64,000 nucleotides of DNA. Origin: Eledone cirrhosa (Eukaryota). Position 1 is the first letter of the stretch; every line of letters begins with the position of its first letter. Under the pieces are notes generated by a model that made no database searches, was not told where the DNA came from, and was given only the letters and a program-made list of their open reading frames with translations. Position numbers and translations under genes: made by a program. This document shows, one piece after another, positions 1 to 15,700 of the stretch. The DNA lies in the NCBI GenBank assembly GCA_964016885.1, contig OZ024741.1, forward strand, positions 217,930,001-217,994,000. The letters run 5' to 3'.

Positions 1-345
1 CATCATCATCATCATCATCACCGTTTTACGTCCGTTCTTCCACGCTAGCATGGGTTAGACGGGTTGTCCTGTTGTGGGCAGTGTCTGGTCGGCTGACCAT
101 GCCTTGCTCATACAGGAACTGATCTGGCTTGATTTCTACAGCTGGATGCCCTTCCTAACACCAACCTCATTTACAGTGAGTGCTGGGTGCTTTTTCGTGG
201 CGCCTACACGTCCACTTTACAGTGTGGGCTGGGTGCTTTTTTGCCGTGGCACCTCCACGGCCACCTTGCGGTGGGGGGGGGGGGGGGCATATTGTTTATA
301 TGCTTCAGCATGTACCCATGGGAGGTCGGGTACCCTGTATTACTG
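1..345 (-). mobile_element. RTE 3'-UTR fragment or SINE tail; similar copies at 24126-24380, 28775-28920, 34206-34425, 49203-49320, 53320-53660, 56695-57045, 59720-59905
   Basis: (CAT)n followed by CTACAGCTGGATGCCCTTCCTAACACCAAC core shared with the RTE 3' UTR. Confidence 0.85.
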
Positions 346-349
346 CGTG

Positions 350-1019
350 ACGCAGTATATATAGTGTGTAACGTTTTTCGAAATATTTACTTCTGTGTTC
401 ACAGTTTGATTTTTTTAATTTCAGAAGATCCCGTAAAGCAGCGATTCTTTGCTTAAACTTTAATCTGTTATTTTAATATATATTCGTGTACAGATATTTT
501 TGCATACAAAAAAAAAAAAAATATAAACAACAGCAAAAAAAAACAACAAAAAAGAGAGGGAATGCAATTACATGCTTTTGAAAAATCGTAATGGAAAACT
601 AATTGCCTATTCACCCAAGGCGACTTCACTTTTCATTAGAACTTCTGCATCAATTGGTGAACATATGACGAAACATTGAAAGGAGTAAGACCACACCATT
701 CTCCACCACTGCAGTCCCACATGCTTACTGCTCTCTAACTATTGCTTTCATTGTACCATAACACAACAAATACATGTTCGGTTTGTCGAATGCCTTTTTA
801 CTTAACCCTATCGTCTTGGCTTTCGTGGGTTGAACATTTTGCTCTCAGGCACCCAATTAAGTTAAACCCCTGGTAATCTACGACAAATTTTTTTTATAAG
901 CACAAAATGTAGACACCATGCCGAGGCCGTCGTATCCCGTACTTCTCCGTTTCAGAAAGGAGGGATAAACATGCCAATCTATGTTTAGAATCCCGAGCAA
1001 CGCTGGGCCATTCTGCTAG
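350..1019 (+). mobile_element. Possible Helitron-type 3' end; 5' boundary uncertain
   Basis: Hairpin CCCGAGCAACGCTGGG followed by CTGCTAG|T. Confidence 0.45.
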
Positions 1020-1106
1020 TATTTATCTAAAAAACCTTCCAGCATAATTTTATGTTAGAACATTTATTATGTTATGTTCCAAACACCAGCTTAATAATGT
1101 GAAAGA

Positions 1107-1449
1107 TACTCTTGCGTCCCAAATAAGGGGGAGGGGTTGAAATAAGTGGGGAGAGTGGAAAATTGGTAATTTTTTAAAGTTGTCTCCATTGTTTTTTTTT
1201 CAAAAACCAGAATTAGTCGTTTAGTTTACATACTGAGACCCCAACCCATCCTATTTATTTTATAATATATGGGATTTCTAGTAATATACTTTTTTTGTCA
1301 TGCATAATGTTTTTTAATGTATAAAGAAAATGTCAGAGGAATGCTACCACTTAAAATAAATTTTTGGTGGAGATAGATTAGCAAAATTTAATAAGCAATG
1401 GTGGGTGGATAGGGTGGGGATAGAAACAATTATTTGAGACTTGAGAGTA
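1107..1449. mobile_element. TA-flanked MITE
   Basis: Imperfect TIR TACTCTTGCGTCCCAAATAA / TTATTTGAGACTTGAGAGTA. Confidence 0.55.
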
Positions 1450-3149
1450 GTTACATTACTAAATCCCTCCAAATTGTTGATTATTTTCAAAATTATTTAA
1501 AAACCATAGACAGTGTCTTACATTAGAAATGTGGTAGTGAAAAGGTGAAAGTGTTTATATTTATCTAAAAACCTTCCACTATATAATGTTATGCTCCAAA
1601 CACCAACATAATAATGAGAAAGTTAGTTATATTACTAAATCCTTCCAAATTCTTGATTATCTTCAGTTATTTAAAAATCCTATGCAGTGTCTTTCATTAG
1701 AAATATGGTGGCAAAAGTCTAAGTTTAAAGTCTGTCACGAGCTCAGAGACTCATCGGGCCGGTGCTTATCACAGTTTCTTGGCATGAAGCAGCTGAAAGT
1801 ACAAGACTCCCCACTGGACAGGGTGCCAGTCCATCACAGGGTTAAACCCCCAGTTATTGCTGGTACTCATTTTCAGCTGAGTATACTGGAGCAACGTGAA
1901 ATGAAGTGCTTTGCTTTAGAACATAACACGCAACCCAGCCCAGGAATTGAATCCACGACATTATGATTGTAAGTCCAACACTTCCATTGTGACAAAAAAA
2001 ATTAGTTTTCAATTGCAGAGTTTGTAGAATATCAGACAGGATGCCTTTCCGTATTTGTCCCAAAATGTTGAGCTCTGAACTCAAATGATGCCAAGAGCAA
2101 CTCTACTTTTCATCCTTATGAGTGGCTGAATACAACCAGTTTGAACAGAGAGAGGTGAGAGAATTCTGGCCGGATACGGCTGGTTTAAATGCTAAAGAGT
2201 TAAGGGGATAAAAAATAAAGTACCAGCCAGTAATAGGGTCAATTCTTCTCCCCTCTCCGATGGACCCACTCCACAAGATTGCCCATAACACTGCATGTTA
2301 CATCAGTGCTCTTATATGATTCAATCTGGAGTTGAGGGACACAAGATGAAGCAAGGCGCATGTTGATTAGTCCCAGATCAGCTCTGATCTAGCAGATCTA
2401 TGATCAAAGATGTTCCAGTTGTGGCCAGCTCGCTTTTTCTTTTCATGTATATCTACAGCTACATTATCCAATGTGTCCTTCTTTTTATAAGAGAGTAATC
2501 TGAACAAGATTTGGCTGCTATGTCTAGCAGGTTAAATGACCAACATGTAATTTTTTTTTTATTTAAGACATGTGTGAGAGATTTGAGGGAGACTTGGTTG
2601 CTATTTCTAATGAGTCGAATGACCATGTAGGGACTCCATCATTGGTTCGTATTTTACTGTTATAAAAGTACAATACTCAAATTTTAGGACATTGCAGTCT
2701 CTCTATAATTTCACCTACCTGGACCCCAACTATCCTCAGTTCTGACCCCACTACTTCCTCTGATAACATGAACACCTTTAATTGCCAGTACACAACTGAA
2801 GCCGTCTCTACTCAGCCTACTAGAAACAGTAGCCAAATTACACTAAAAAAACTACACTGGTATTAAAAAAAGGATACCACTCTGCTACTTTTTCTGTTTA
2901 GTTAGCCAAGCCTTCACTAGTCTTAAGGAAGCACATTTGATAAGATAGTCCTAGATACCCTATGTTACTATCACCATTGTTTTACATCCATTTTCCACAA
3001 TGGCATGAGTTGGACATGCTGTCATGATCTCAGACTGGATCAGAAAAACATGTCTTGGACATACATTCCATGGTTTCTTTGGCTGGATTCCTTCTCTAAC
3101 ACCAACCATAGAAAGATATGTAATGTTCACATCTGCAATCAGGTTCAGA

Positions 3150-3500
3150 CTGGCTCTAAACAAGTCCAATTGATCCTAGGACTGCTGAATGATGCTTGAC
3201 CTGGCTCTAAACAATTCATTTGATCCTAGGTCTGCTGAAATTGATCTGACCTGGTTCTAAACAGTCTAATTGATCCTAGGTCTGCTGAATCATATCTGGC
3301 AAAGCTCTAAACAGTCCATTTGATCCTAGGTCTACTGAATTAAGCTTGACCTGGCTCTAAACATTCAATTTGATCAGGCCTGATCTGGCGCTAAACAGTC
3401 AATTTGATTCTAGGTCTGCTGAATCATGTCTGGCTAAGCTCTAAACAGTTCATTTGATTCTAGGTCTGCTAAATAAGGAGCGGCCTGGCTAGAACTCTAA
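3150..3500. repeat. ~50-bp degenerate minisatellite (~6 copies)
   Basis: CTCTAAACA..CAxTTGATCCTAGGTCTGCTGAA repeated. Confidence 0.85.
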
Positions 3501-3551
3501 ACAAAGTCCCCCAGTACAGTTTTCTCAAAGTAGTCAACAGTAAATACTTAC

Positions 3552-3719
3552 AGAGAGGTTTGTGTCAGGTTGATCGTTGACTTAATGGATTTCAGTACAT
3601 GAGTGATATATTTACATTCCATGTGACGCAGGATATTGTCTGGGTTTGTGGCAAATTGGTCTTGGTATTTGGATGGAGGCAGAAACTGGAAGCGGACTAT
3701 ATAGAGCCGATCATGAAGT
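3552..3719 (-). CDS. POLR1A: POLR1A exon ([15 protein letters not shown]...TQTS)
   Basis: 168 bp, Y..RF.FLP motif, atcag acceptor, gtaagt donor. Confidence 0.85.
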
Positions 3720-6700
3720 CTGATAGGAAAGAGACACAAAAACATTTTAAAAGATTACCAAATCACCAGTGGTTCTACAATACATTTTAAAGTGTTTATA
3801 TTCATCTAAAACTCTTCCATCATAATTTTATGTAAGAACCTTTAAGTTCCAAACACCAGCTGAAATGGTTAGGGATGCTGAATTTGTAATCAAGGCAGTG
3901 GATTTAATTCCTGGACTGGACAGTGCATTGTATTCATGAGCAAGTCACTTCATTTCACATTGACTTTCATAGGACTGGAGCACCTACATTAAAACACCTG
4001 AGAAACCTCCCATGAGATGCAATCTCATAGACGGTTGTAACAACACTGGAGTCCCCTTTCATTAAAACCCCTGAGAAACCTCCCATGAGATGCAATCTCA
4101 TAGGCGGTTTTAACAACACTGGAGTCCCCTATCATTAAAACACCTGAGAAGGACTGTAGCTGTAATTAAAAGGGACTAACCTTGTTACATACAGTGACTC
4201 ACTGAATCTCCCTGAAAATTATGTTAAGAGTATATGTGTCAGTGTAAAACTCAGCCACTTACATCATAATAAAAGATAGACAGTAATTCAAATGTCAAAC
4301 CTTGTCACAGATCAGAAGATGCTGTTGTATCAGGTTTAGATCAGCAAAGTATTCTCTACACCTTGTGAGGATGCAGCTCTCTGAAGAGAGAACCCCAGAC
4401 ACGTACATGATAGCGCTTGGAGGAGGGCTTCTTATTACGAAGTCGACGGATGGCCTGCCAGAACACTTTATTTGCTGATCTGAAGTTGGATTCCAGCTTA
4501 AACCCAAAGTCCTCCCATGTCTTAACTTTTGACACCTTTACTGTCTCTGCTGTGATTCTTCATGCCTGCTTGTACTGCTAACCAGTGGGAACCTAGGGGT
4601 AGACCCCGGGCAAGATGGTTGGATAACATCCGTGAGCTGGGTTGGTCTTGCTTGAGGATCCAGCTGGGCTGGTTGGAGACAGTTTCTTCTGACAGAACCT
4701 GCAAGAAGGAGTGTTTGAGGACTCTACCCCATAACCCTCCCAGGAATAAGTGGGCGAAGAAGAACCTTATCACACACAGTGTCATGCTGAATCTCCCTGA
4801 GAATTATGTTAAAGGAACACATGTCAGTGGAATACTCAGCCATTATACCATAATAAAAGACAGACTGTACCAGTAATATAAATGTCCAGCCTTGTCATGT
4901 ATCGTGTCATGCTGAATCTCCCTGAGAATTATGTTATGAGTACACGTGTCAGAGAAATACTCAGCCATTTACACCATAATTTCATGAGGAGGCTGTTCCA
5001 TTGATTGAACAACTGGAAAGCTGGTCATTGAAACCAATGGAGTTCAACTCCAGTTCATATATAAACACACCTATAACCTTGAGGTTCAAGTCTGATATGC
5101 TGTGTTGACTCAGCTGTACATAGCTGTCTAAGTATACCATGGAGTACAATAAATAAAATGTTTGGTTACTTACCCCGAGGACATCTCAATTCTATCAGTA
5201 ATGTCTACCCTTTCCAATACCTAGGGAATAAAGATAGAATTGAATATTATACAGTCTGTTCGCTTTAACGCCTCTTGAAAAAATATTATTAAATATTCAC
5301 TTTGCACGAATAATGCGCTATAATGCGTGTAGTTTTTAATTTTTCCATTTATCAGAAATATAGATTTGAATTACGCGAATTTGCTTTATGTGCCATGTTC
5401 ATGAACACATCTTCACATAAAAGGCAAACACTATTTTAAAACTAAATTGATTTAAAACAATTCTGTGACCAAGTGGTTAAGGTGTTGGTCACATGATTAT
5501 ATGATTGTGGGTTTGATTCTTGGATTGGGCAGTGCATGATATTCCAGAGAGAAAAAGAGAGAGGAAAAAAAGAGGTAACAAGAGATAGATAGAAAGAAGC
5601 TGGAGAGAGAGAGAGATTGAGGGAGGGAAAGAAACTATAAAGAGGAAGAGAGAGAGAGAGATTGAGGGAGGGAAAGAAACTATAAAGAGGAAGAGAGAGA
5701 GAGGGAGGGAAGGAAAGAAAATATAAAGAGCAAGAGAGAGAGAGGGAGGGAAGGAAAGAAAATATAAAGAGCAAGAGAGAGAGAGAGGGAGGGAAAGAAA
5801 CTGATAAAGAGGAAGAGAGAGATAAAATGTAGAAAGAGAGAAGTATCCATCTTACATGACAGAGTGCGACTGGGTTTAACTTCATTTGTAACTTTTTGGC
5901 TTCATCTCTGGCAAAGTTTGTGTCCAAGACAGGAATATCCATGGTTGGAGTTTTCATATTCTTGGAACCAAACAGGATCTCTCGGAGACGTGGAATTCCC
6001 AGAGTAACGTTCATCTCTCCAAGACCAGCAAAGTGGAATGTGTTCAGGGTCATCTGTGTGGAAGGTTCACCAACCGACTGTGATAGATTGAAAATATTTA
6101 GATAGATCAATGTATTGGTAATTAATGAGAACAGTGGTGTGGTGGAAGGGTGGGGTGGTGTGGTGTGGTGGTGGTTTTGTGGCGTTGTGTTGGTATATTA
6201 GTGGTGTTTTAGTGTGAAAGACAAGGATGGTGGTGGAGTGAAGGAAAGTGGTGGCTGTATCAATGTGAAGATGATACACACAGGGAGACAGTGTACGTGT
6301 TGTAAACCAGATATACACAGGGATACAGTGTACCTATTGTAAACCAGATATACACAGGGATACAGTGTACCTATTATAAACCAGATATACACAGGGATAC
6401 AGTGTACCTATTATAAACCAGATATACACAGGGATACAGTGTACTTGTTGTAAACCAGATATACACAGAGATAGTGTATCTATTGTAAACCAGGTACACA
6501 CAGGGATACAGTGTACCTATTGTAAACCAGATGTACACAGAGATACAGTGTACCTATTGTAAACCAGGTACACACAGGGATAGTGTACCTATTGTAAACT
6601 AGATATACACAGGGATATAGTGTACCTATTGTAAACCAGATATACGCAGGGATACAGTGTACCTATTGTAAACCAGATATACACAGAGATACAGTGTACC

Positions 6701-9700
6701 TATTGTAAACCAGGTACACACAGGGAGACAGTGTACCTATTGTAAACCAGATATACGCAGGGATACAGTGTACCTATTGTAAACCAGATATACACAGAGA
6801 TACAGTGTACCTATTGTAAACCAGATATACACAGAGATACAGTGTACCTATTGTAAACCAGGTACACACAGGGAGACAGTGTACCTATTGTAAACCAGAT
6901 ATACACAGGGAGACAGTGTACCTATTGTAAACCAGATACACACAGGGATAGTGTACCTGTTATAAACCAGATATACACAGGGATACAGTGTACCTATTGT
7001 AAACCAGATACACACAGCGATACAGTGTACCTATTGTAAACCAGGTATACACAGGGATAGTGTACCTGTTATAAACACAATATACACAGGGTTACAGTGT
7101 ACATATTGTAAAGCAAGTACACACAGAGATAGTGTACCTATTGTAAAGCAAGTACACACAGGGATAGTGTACCTATTGTAAACCAGATATACACAGGGAT
7201 ACAGTGTACTTATTGTAAAGCAAGTACACACAGAGATAGTGTACCTATTGTAAAGCAAGTGCACACAGAGATAGTGTACTTATTGTAAAGCAAGTACACA
7301 CAGGGATAGTGTACCTATTGTAAACTAGGTACACACAGGGATACAGTGTACCTATTGTAAACCAGATATACGCAGGGATATAGTGTACCTATTGTAAACC
7401 AGGTACACACAGGGATACAGTGTACCTATTGTAAACCAGATATACGCAGGGATACAGTGTACCTATTGTAAACCAGATATACGCAGGGATATAGTGTACC
7501 TATTGTAAACCAGATATACACAGGGATACAGTGTACCTATTGTAAACCAGATATACGCAGGGATATAGTGTACCTATTGTAAACCAGGTACACACAGGGA
7601 TACAGTGTACCTATTGTAAACCAGATATACGCAGGGATACAGTGTACCTATTGTAAACCAGATATACGCAGGGATATAGTGTACCTATTGTAAACCAGAT
7701 ATACGCAGGGATACAGTGTACCTATTGTAAACCAGATATACGCAGGGATATAGTGTACCTATTGTAAACCAGATATACACAGGGATACAGTGTACCTATT
7801 GTAAACCAGATACACACAGGGATACAGTGTACCTATTGTAAACCAGATATACGCAGGGATATAGTGTACCTATTGTAAACCAGATATACACAGGGATACA
7901 GTGTACCTATTGTAAACCAGATATACGCAGGGATATAGTGTACCTATTGTAAACCAGGTACACACAGGGATACAGTGTACCTATTGTAAACCAGATACAC
8001 ACAGGGATACAGTGTACCTATTGTAAACCAGATATACGCAGGGATATAGTGTACCTATTGTAAACCAGATATACGCAGGGATACAGTGTACCTATTGTAA
8101 ACCAGATATACGCAGGGATATAGTGTACCTATTGTAAACCAGGTACACACAGGGATACAGTGTACCTATTGTAAACCAGATATACACAGGGATACAGTGT
8201 ACCTATTGTAAACCAGATACACACAGGGATACAGTGTACCTATTGTAAACCAGATATACACAGGGATACAGTGTACCTATTGTAAACCAGATATACACAG
8301 GGATACAGTGTACCTATTGTAAACCAGATATACACAGGGATACAGTGTACCTATTGTAAACCAGATATACGCAGGGATATAGTGTACCTATTGTAAACCA
8401 GGTACACACAGGGAGACAGTGTACCTATTGTAAACCAGATATACACAGGGATATAGTGTACCTATTGTAAACCAGATATACGCAGGGATACAGTGTACCT
8501 ATTGTAAACCAGGTACACACAGGGATACAGTGTACCTATTGTAAACTAGATATACACAGGGATACAGTGTACCTATTGTAAACTAGATATACACAGAGAT
8601 ACAGTGTACCTATTGTAAACTAGATATACACAGAGATACAGTGTACCTATTGTAAACTAGATATACACAGAGATACAGTGTACCTATTGTAAACCAGATA
8701 TACACAGGGATATAGTGTACCTATTGTAAACCAGATATACGCAGGGATACAGTGTACCTATTGTAAACCAGATATACGCAGGGATACAGTGTACCTATTG
8801 TAAACCAGATATACGCAGGGATACAGTGTACCTATTGTAAACCAGATATACACAGGGATATAGTGTACCTATTGTAAACCAGATATACGCAGGGATATAG
8901 TGTACCTATTGTAAACCAGATATACACAGGAGTACAGTGTACCTATTGTAAACCAGATATACACAGGGATACAGTGTACCTATTGTAAACCAGATATACA
9001 CAGGGATATAGTGTACCTATTGTAAACCAGATATACGCAGGGATATAGTGTACCTATTGTAAACCAGATATACACAGGGATAGTGTACCTATTGTAAACC
9101 AGATATACGCAGGGATACAGTGTACCTATTGTAAACCAGATATACACAGAGATACAGTGTACCTATTGTAAACCAGGTACACACAGGGAGACAGTGTACC
9201 TATTGTAAACCAGATATACGCAGGGATACAGTGTACCTATTGTAAACCAGATATACACAGAGATACAGTGTACCTATTGTAAACCAGGTACACACAGGGA
9301 GACAGTGTACCTATTGTAAACCAGATATACGCAGGGATACAGTGTACCTATTGTAAACCAGATATACACAGAGATACAGTGTACCTATTGTAAACCAGAT
9401 ATACACAGAGATACAGTGTACCTATTGTAAACCAGGTACACACAGGGAGACAGTGTACCTATTGTAAACCAGATATACACAGGGAGACAGTGTACCTATT
9501 GTAAACCAGATACACACAGGGATAGTGTACCTGTTATAAACCAGATATACACAGGGATACAGTGTACCTATTGTAAACCAGATACACACAGCGATACAGT
9601 GTACCTATTGTAAACCAGGTATACACAGGGATAGTGTACCTGTTATAAACACAATATACACAGGGTTACAGTGTACATATTGTAAAGCAAGTACACACAG

Positions 9701-12700
9701 AGATAGTGTACCTATTGTAAAGCAAGTACACACAGGGATAGTGTACCTATTGTAAACCAGATATACACAGGGATACAGTGTACTTATTGTAAAGCAAGTA
9801 CACACAGAGATAGTGTACCTATTGTAAAGCAAGTGCACACAGAGATAGTGTACCTATTGTAAAGCAAGTACACACAGGGATAGTGTACCTATTGTAAACT
9901 AGGTACACACAGGGATACAGTGTACCTATTGTAAACCAGATATACGCAGGGATATAGTGTACCTATTGTAAACCAGGTACACACAGGGATACAGTGTACC
10001 TATTGTAAACCAGATATACGCAGGGATACAGTGTACCTATTGTAAACCAGATATACGCAGGGATATAGTGTACCTATTGTAAACCAGATATACACAGGGA
10101 TACAGTGTACCTATTGTAAACCAGATATACGCAGGGATATAGTGTACCTATTGTAAACCAGGTACACACAGGGATACAGTGTACCTATTGTAAACCAGAT
10201 ATACGCAGGGATACAGTGTACCTATTGTAAACCAGATATACGCAGGGATATAGTGTACCTATTGTAAACCAGATATACGCAGGGATACAGTGTACCTATT
10301 GTAAACCAGATATACGCAGGGATATAGTGTACCTATTGTAAACCAGATATACACAGGGATACAGTGTACCTATTGTAAACCAGATACACACAGGGATACA
10401 GTGTACCTATTGTAAACCAGATATACGCAGGGATATAGTGTACCTATTGTAAACCAGATATACACAGGGATACAGTGTACCTATTGTAAACCAGATATAC
10501 GCAGGGATATAGTGTACCTATTGTAAACCAGGTACACACAGGGATACAGTGTACCTATTGTAAACCAGATACACACAGGGATACAGTGTACCTATTGTAA
10601 ACCAGATATACGCAGGGATATAGTGTACCTATTGTAAACCAGATATACGCAGGGATACAGTGTACCTATTGTAAACCAGATATACGCAGGGATATAGTGT
10701 ACCTATTGTAAACCAGGTACACACAGGGATACAGTGTACCTATTGTAAACCAGATATACACAGGGATACAGTGTACCTATTGTAAACCAGATACACACAG
10801 GGATACAGTGTACCTATTGTAAACCAGATATACACAGGGATACAGTGTACCTATTGTAAACCAGATATACACAGGGATACAGTGTACCTATTGTAAACCA
10901 GATATACACAGGGATACAGTGTACCTATTGTAAACCAGATATACGCAGGGATATAGTGTACCTATTGTAAACCAGGTACACACAGGGAGACAGTGTACCT
11001 ATTGTAAACCAGATATACACAGGGATATAGTGTACCTATTGTAAACCAGATATACGCAGGGATATAGTGTACCTATTGTAAACCAGATATACACAGGAGT
11101 ACAGTGTACCTATTGTAAACCAGATATACACAGGGATACAGTGTACCTATTGTAAACCAGATATACACAGGGATATAGTGTACCTATTGTAAACCAGATA
11201 TACGCAGGGATATAGTGTACCTATTGTAAACCAGATATACACAGGGATAGTGTACCTATTGTAAACCAGATATACGCAGGGATACAGTGTACCTATTGTA
11301 AACCAGATATACACAGAGATACAGTGTACCTATTGTAAACCAGGTACACACAGGGAGACAGTGTACCTATTGTAAACCAGATATACGCAGGGATACAGTG
11401 TACCTATTGTAAACCAGATATACACAGAGATACAGTGTACCTATTGTAAACCAGGTACACACAGGGAGACAGTGTACCTATTGTAAACCAGATATACGCA
11501 GGGATACAGTGTACCTATTGTAAACCAGATATACACAGAGATACAGTGTACCTATTGTAAACCAGATATACACAGAGATACAGTGTACCTATTGTAAACC
11601 AGGTACACACAGGGAGACAGTGTACCTATTGTAAACCAGATATACACAGGGAGACAGTGTACCTATTGTAAACCAGATACACACAGGGATAGTGTACCTG
11701 TTATAAACCAGATATACACAGGGATACAGTGTACCTATTGTAAACCAGATACACACAGCGATACAGTGTACCTATTGTAAACCAGGTATACACAGGGATA
11801 GTGTACCTGTTATAAACACAATATACACAGGGTTACAGTGTACATATTGTAAAGCAAGTACACACAGAGATAGTGTACCTATTGTAAAGCAAGTACACAC
11901 AGGGATAGTGTACCTATTGTAAACCAGATATACACAGGGATACAGTGTACTTATTGTAAAGCAAGTACACACAGAGATAGTGTACCTATTGTAAAGCAAG
12001 TGCACACAGAGATAGTGTACCTATTGTAAAGCAAGTACACACAGGGATAGTGTACCTATTGTAAACTAGGTACACACAGGGATACAGTGTACCTATTGTA
12101 AACCAGATATACGCAGGGATATAGTGTACCTATTGTAAACCAGGTACACACAGGGATACAGTGTACCTATTGTAAACCAGATATACGCAGGGATAGTGTA
12201 CCTATTGTAAACCAGATATACGCAGGGATATAGTGTACCTATTGTAAACCAGATATACACAGGGATACAGTGTACCTATTGTAAACCAGATATACGCAGG
12301 GATATAGTGTACCTATTGTAAACCAGGTACACACAGGGATACAGTGTACCTATTGTAAACCAGATATACGCAGGGATACAGTGTACCTATTGTAAACCAG
12401 ATATACGCAGGGATATAGTGTACCTATTGTAAACCAGATATACGCAGGGATACAGTGTACCTATTGTAAACCAGATATACGCAGGGATATAGTGTACCTA
12501 TTGTAAACCAGATATACACAGGGATACAGTGTACCTATTGTAAACCAGATACACACAGGGATACAGTGTACCTATTGTAAACCAGATATACGCAGGGATA
12601 TAGTGTACCTATTGTAAACCAGATATACACAGGGATACAGTGTACCTATTGTAAACCAGATATACGCAGGGATATAGTGTACCTATTGTAAACCAGGTAC

Positions 12701-15700
12701 ACACAGGGATACAGTGTACCTATTGTAAACCAGATACACACAGGGATACAGTGTACCTATTGTAAACCAGATATACGCAGGGATATAGTGTACCTATTGT
12801 AAACCAGATATACGCAGGGATACAGTGTACCTATTGTAAACCAGATATACGCAGGGATATAGTGTACCTATTGTAAACCAGGTACACACAGGGATACAGT
12901 GTACCTATTGTAAACCAGATATACACAGGGATACAGTGTACCTATTGTAAACCAGATACACACAGGGATACAGTGTACCTATTGTAAACCAGATATACAC
13001 AGGGATACAGTGTACCTATTGTAAACCAGATATACACAGGGATACAGTGCACCTATTGTAAACCAGATATACACAGGGATACAGTGTACCTATTGTAAAC
13101 CAGATATACGCAGGGATATAGTGTACCTATTGTAAACCAGGTACACACAGGGAGACAGTGTACCTATTGTAAACCAGATATACACAGGGATATAGTGTAC
13201 CTATTGTAAACCAGATATACGCAGGGATACAGTGTACCTATTGTAAACCAGGTACACACAGGGATACAGTGTACCTATTGTAAACTAGATATACACAGGG
13301 ATACAGTGTACCTATTGTAAACTAGATATACACAGAGATACAGTGTACCTATTGTAAACTAGATATACACAGAGATACAGTGTACCTATTGTAAACTAGA
13401 TATACACAGAGATACAGTGTACCTATTGTAAACCAGATATACACAGGGATATAGTGTACCTATTGTAAACCAGATATACGCAGGGATACAGTGTACCTAT
13501 TGTAAACCAGATATACGCAGGGATACAGTGTACCTATTGTAAACCAGATATACGCAGGGATACAGTGTACCTATTGTAAACCAGATATACACAGGGATAT
13601 AGTGTACCTATTGTAAACCAGATATACGCAGGGATATAGTGTACCTATTGTAAACCAGATATACACAGGAGTACAGTGTACCTATTGTAAACCAGATATA
13701 CACAGGGATACAGTGTACCTATTGTAAACCAGATATACACAGGGATATAGTGTACCTATTGTAAACCAGATATACGCAGGGATATAGTGTACCTATTGTA
13801 AACCAGATATACACAGGGATAGTGTACCTATTGTAAACCATATATACGCAGGGATACAGTGTACCTATTGTAAACCAGATATACACAGGGATACAGTGTA
13901 CCTATTGTAAACCAGATATACGCAGGGATACAGTGTACCTATTGTAAACCAGATATACGCAGGGATACAGTGTACCTATTGTAAACCAGATATACGCAGG
14001 GATACAGTGTACCTATTGTAAACCAGATATACGCAGGGATACAGTGTACCTATTGTAAACCAGATATACACAGGGATACAGTGTACCTATTGTAAACCAG
14101 ATATACACAGGGATATAGTGTACCTATTGTAAACCAGATATACACAGGAGTACAGTGTACCTATTGTAAACCAGATATACACAGGGATACAGTGTACCTA
14201 TTGTAAACCAGATATACACAGGGATACAGTGTACCTATTGTAAACCAGATATACACAGGGATACAGTGTACCTATTGTAAACCAGATATACACAGGGATA
14301 CAGTGTACCTATTGTAAACCAGATATACACAGGGATACAGTGTACCTATTGTAAACCAGATATACACAGGGATACAGTGTACCTATTGTAAACTAGATAT
14401 ACACAGGGATACAGTGTACCTATTGTAAACCAGATATACACAGGGATACAGTGTACCTATTGTAAACCAGATATACACAGGGATACAGTGTACCTATTGT
14501 AAACCAGATATACACAGGGATACAGTGTACCTATTGTAAACCAGGTACACACAGAGATACAGTGTACCTATTGTAAACCAGATATACACAGAGATACAGT
14601 GTACCTATTGTAAACCAGATATACACAGGGATACAGTGTACCTATTGTAAACCAGATATACACAGAGATACAGTGTACCTATTGTAAACCAGATATACAC
14701 AGGGATACAGTGTACCTATTGTAAACCAGATATACACAGAGATACAGTGTACCTATTGTAAACCAGATATACACAGGGATACAGTGTACCTATTGTAAAC
14801 CAGATATACACAGGGATACAGTGTACCTATTGTAAACCAGGTACACACAGAGATACAGTGTACCTATTGTAAACCAGATATACGCAGAGATACAGTGTAC
14901 CTATTGTAAACCAGATATACACAGAGATACAGTGTACCTATTGTAAACCAGATATACACAGGGATACAGTGTACCTATTGTAAACCAGATATACACAGAG
15001 ATACAGTGTACCTATTGTAAACCAGATATACACAGGGATACAGTGTACCTATTGTAAACCAGATATACACAGAGATACAGTATACCTATTGTAAACCAGA
15101 TATACACAGGGATACAGTGTACCTATTGTAAACCAGATATACACAGAGATACAGTGTACCTATTGTAAACTAGATATACACAGGGATACAGTGTACCTAT
15201 TGTAAACTAGATATACGCAGGGATACAGTGTACCTATTGTAAACCAGATATACACAGGGATACAGTGTACCTATTGTAAACCAGATACACACAGGGATAC
15301 AGTGTACCTATTGTAAACCAGATATACACAGGGATACAGTGTACCTATTGTAAACCAGATATACACAGGGATACAGTGTACCTATTGTAAACCAGATATA
15401 CACAGGGATACAGTGTACCTATTGTAAACCAGATATACGCAGGGATATAGTGTACCTATTGTAAACCAGGTACACACAGGGAGACAGTGTACCTATTGTA
15501 AACCAGATATACACAGGGATATAGTGTACCTATTGTAAACCAGATATACGCAGGGATACAGTGTACCTATTGTAAACCAGGTACACACAGGGATACAGTG
15601 TACCTATTGTAAACTAGATATACACAGGGATACAGTGTACCTATTGTAAACTAGATATACACAGAGATACAGTGTACCTATTGTAAACTAGATATACACA

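Noticed and set aside
74-364. Recurring ORFs containing WMPFLTPT
   Set aside because: Antisense translation of the RTE/SINE 3' UTR; a repeat-derived spurious peptide
2719-2759. Possible next POLR1A micro-exon on - (GSSGVRTEDSWGP, tcag acceptor, gtaggt donor, phase compatible)
   Set aside because: No recognisable homology; cannot be supported without RNA data
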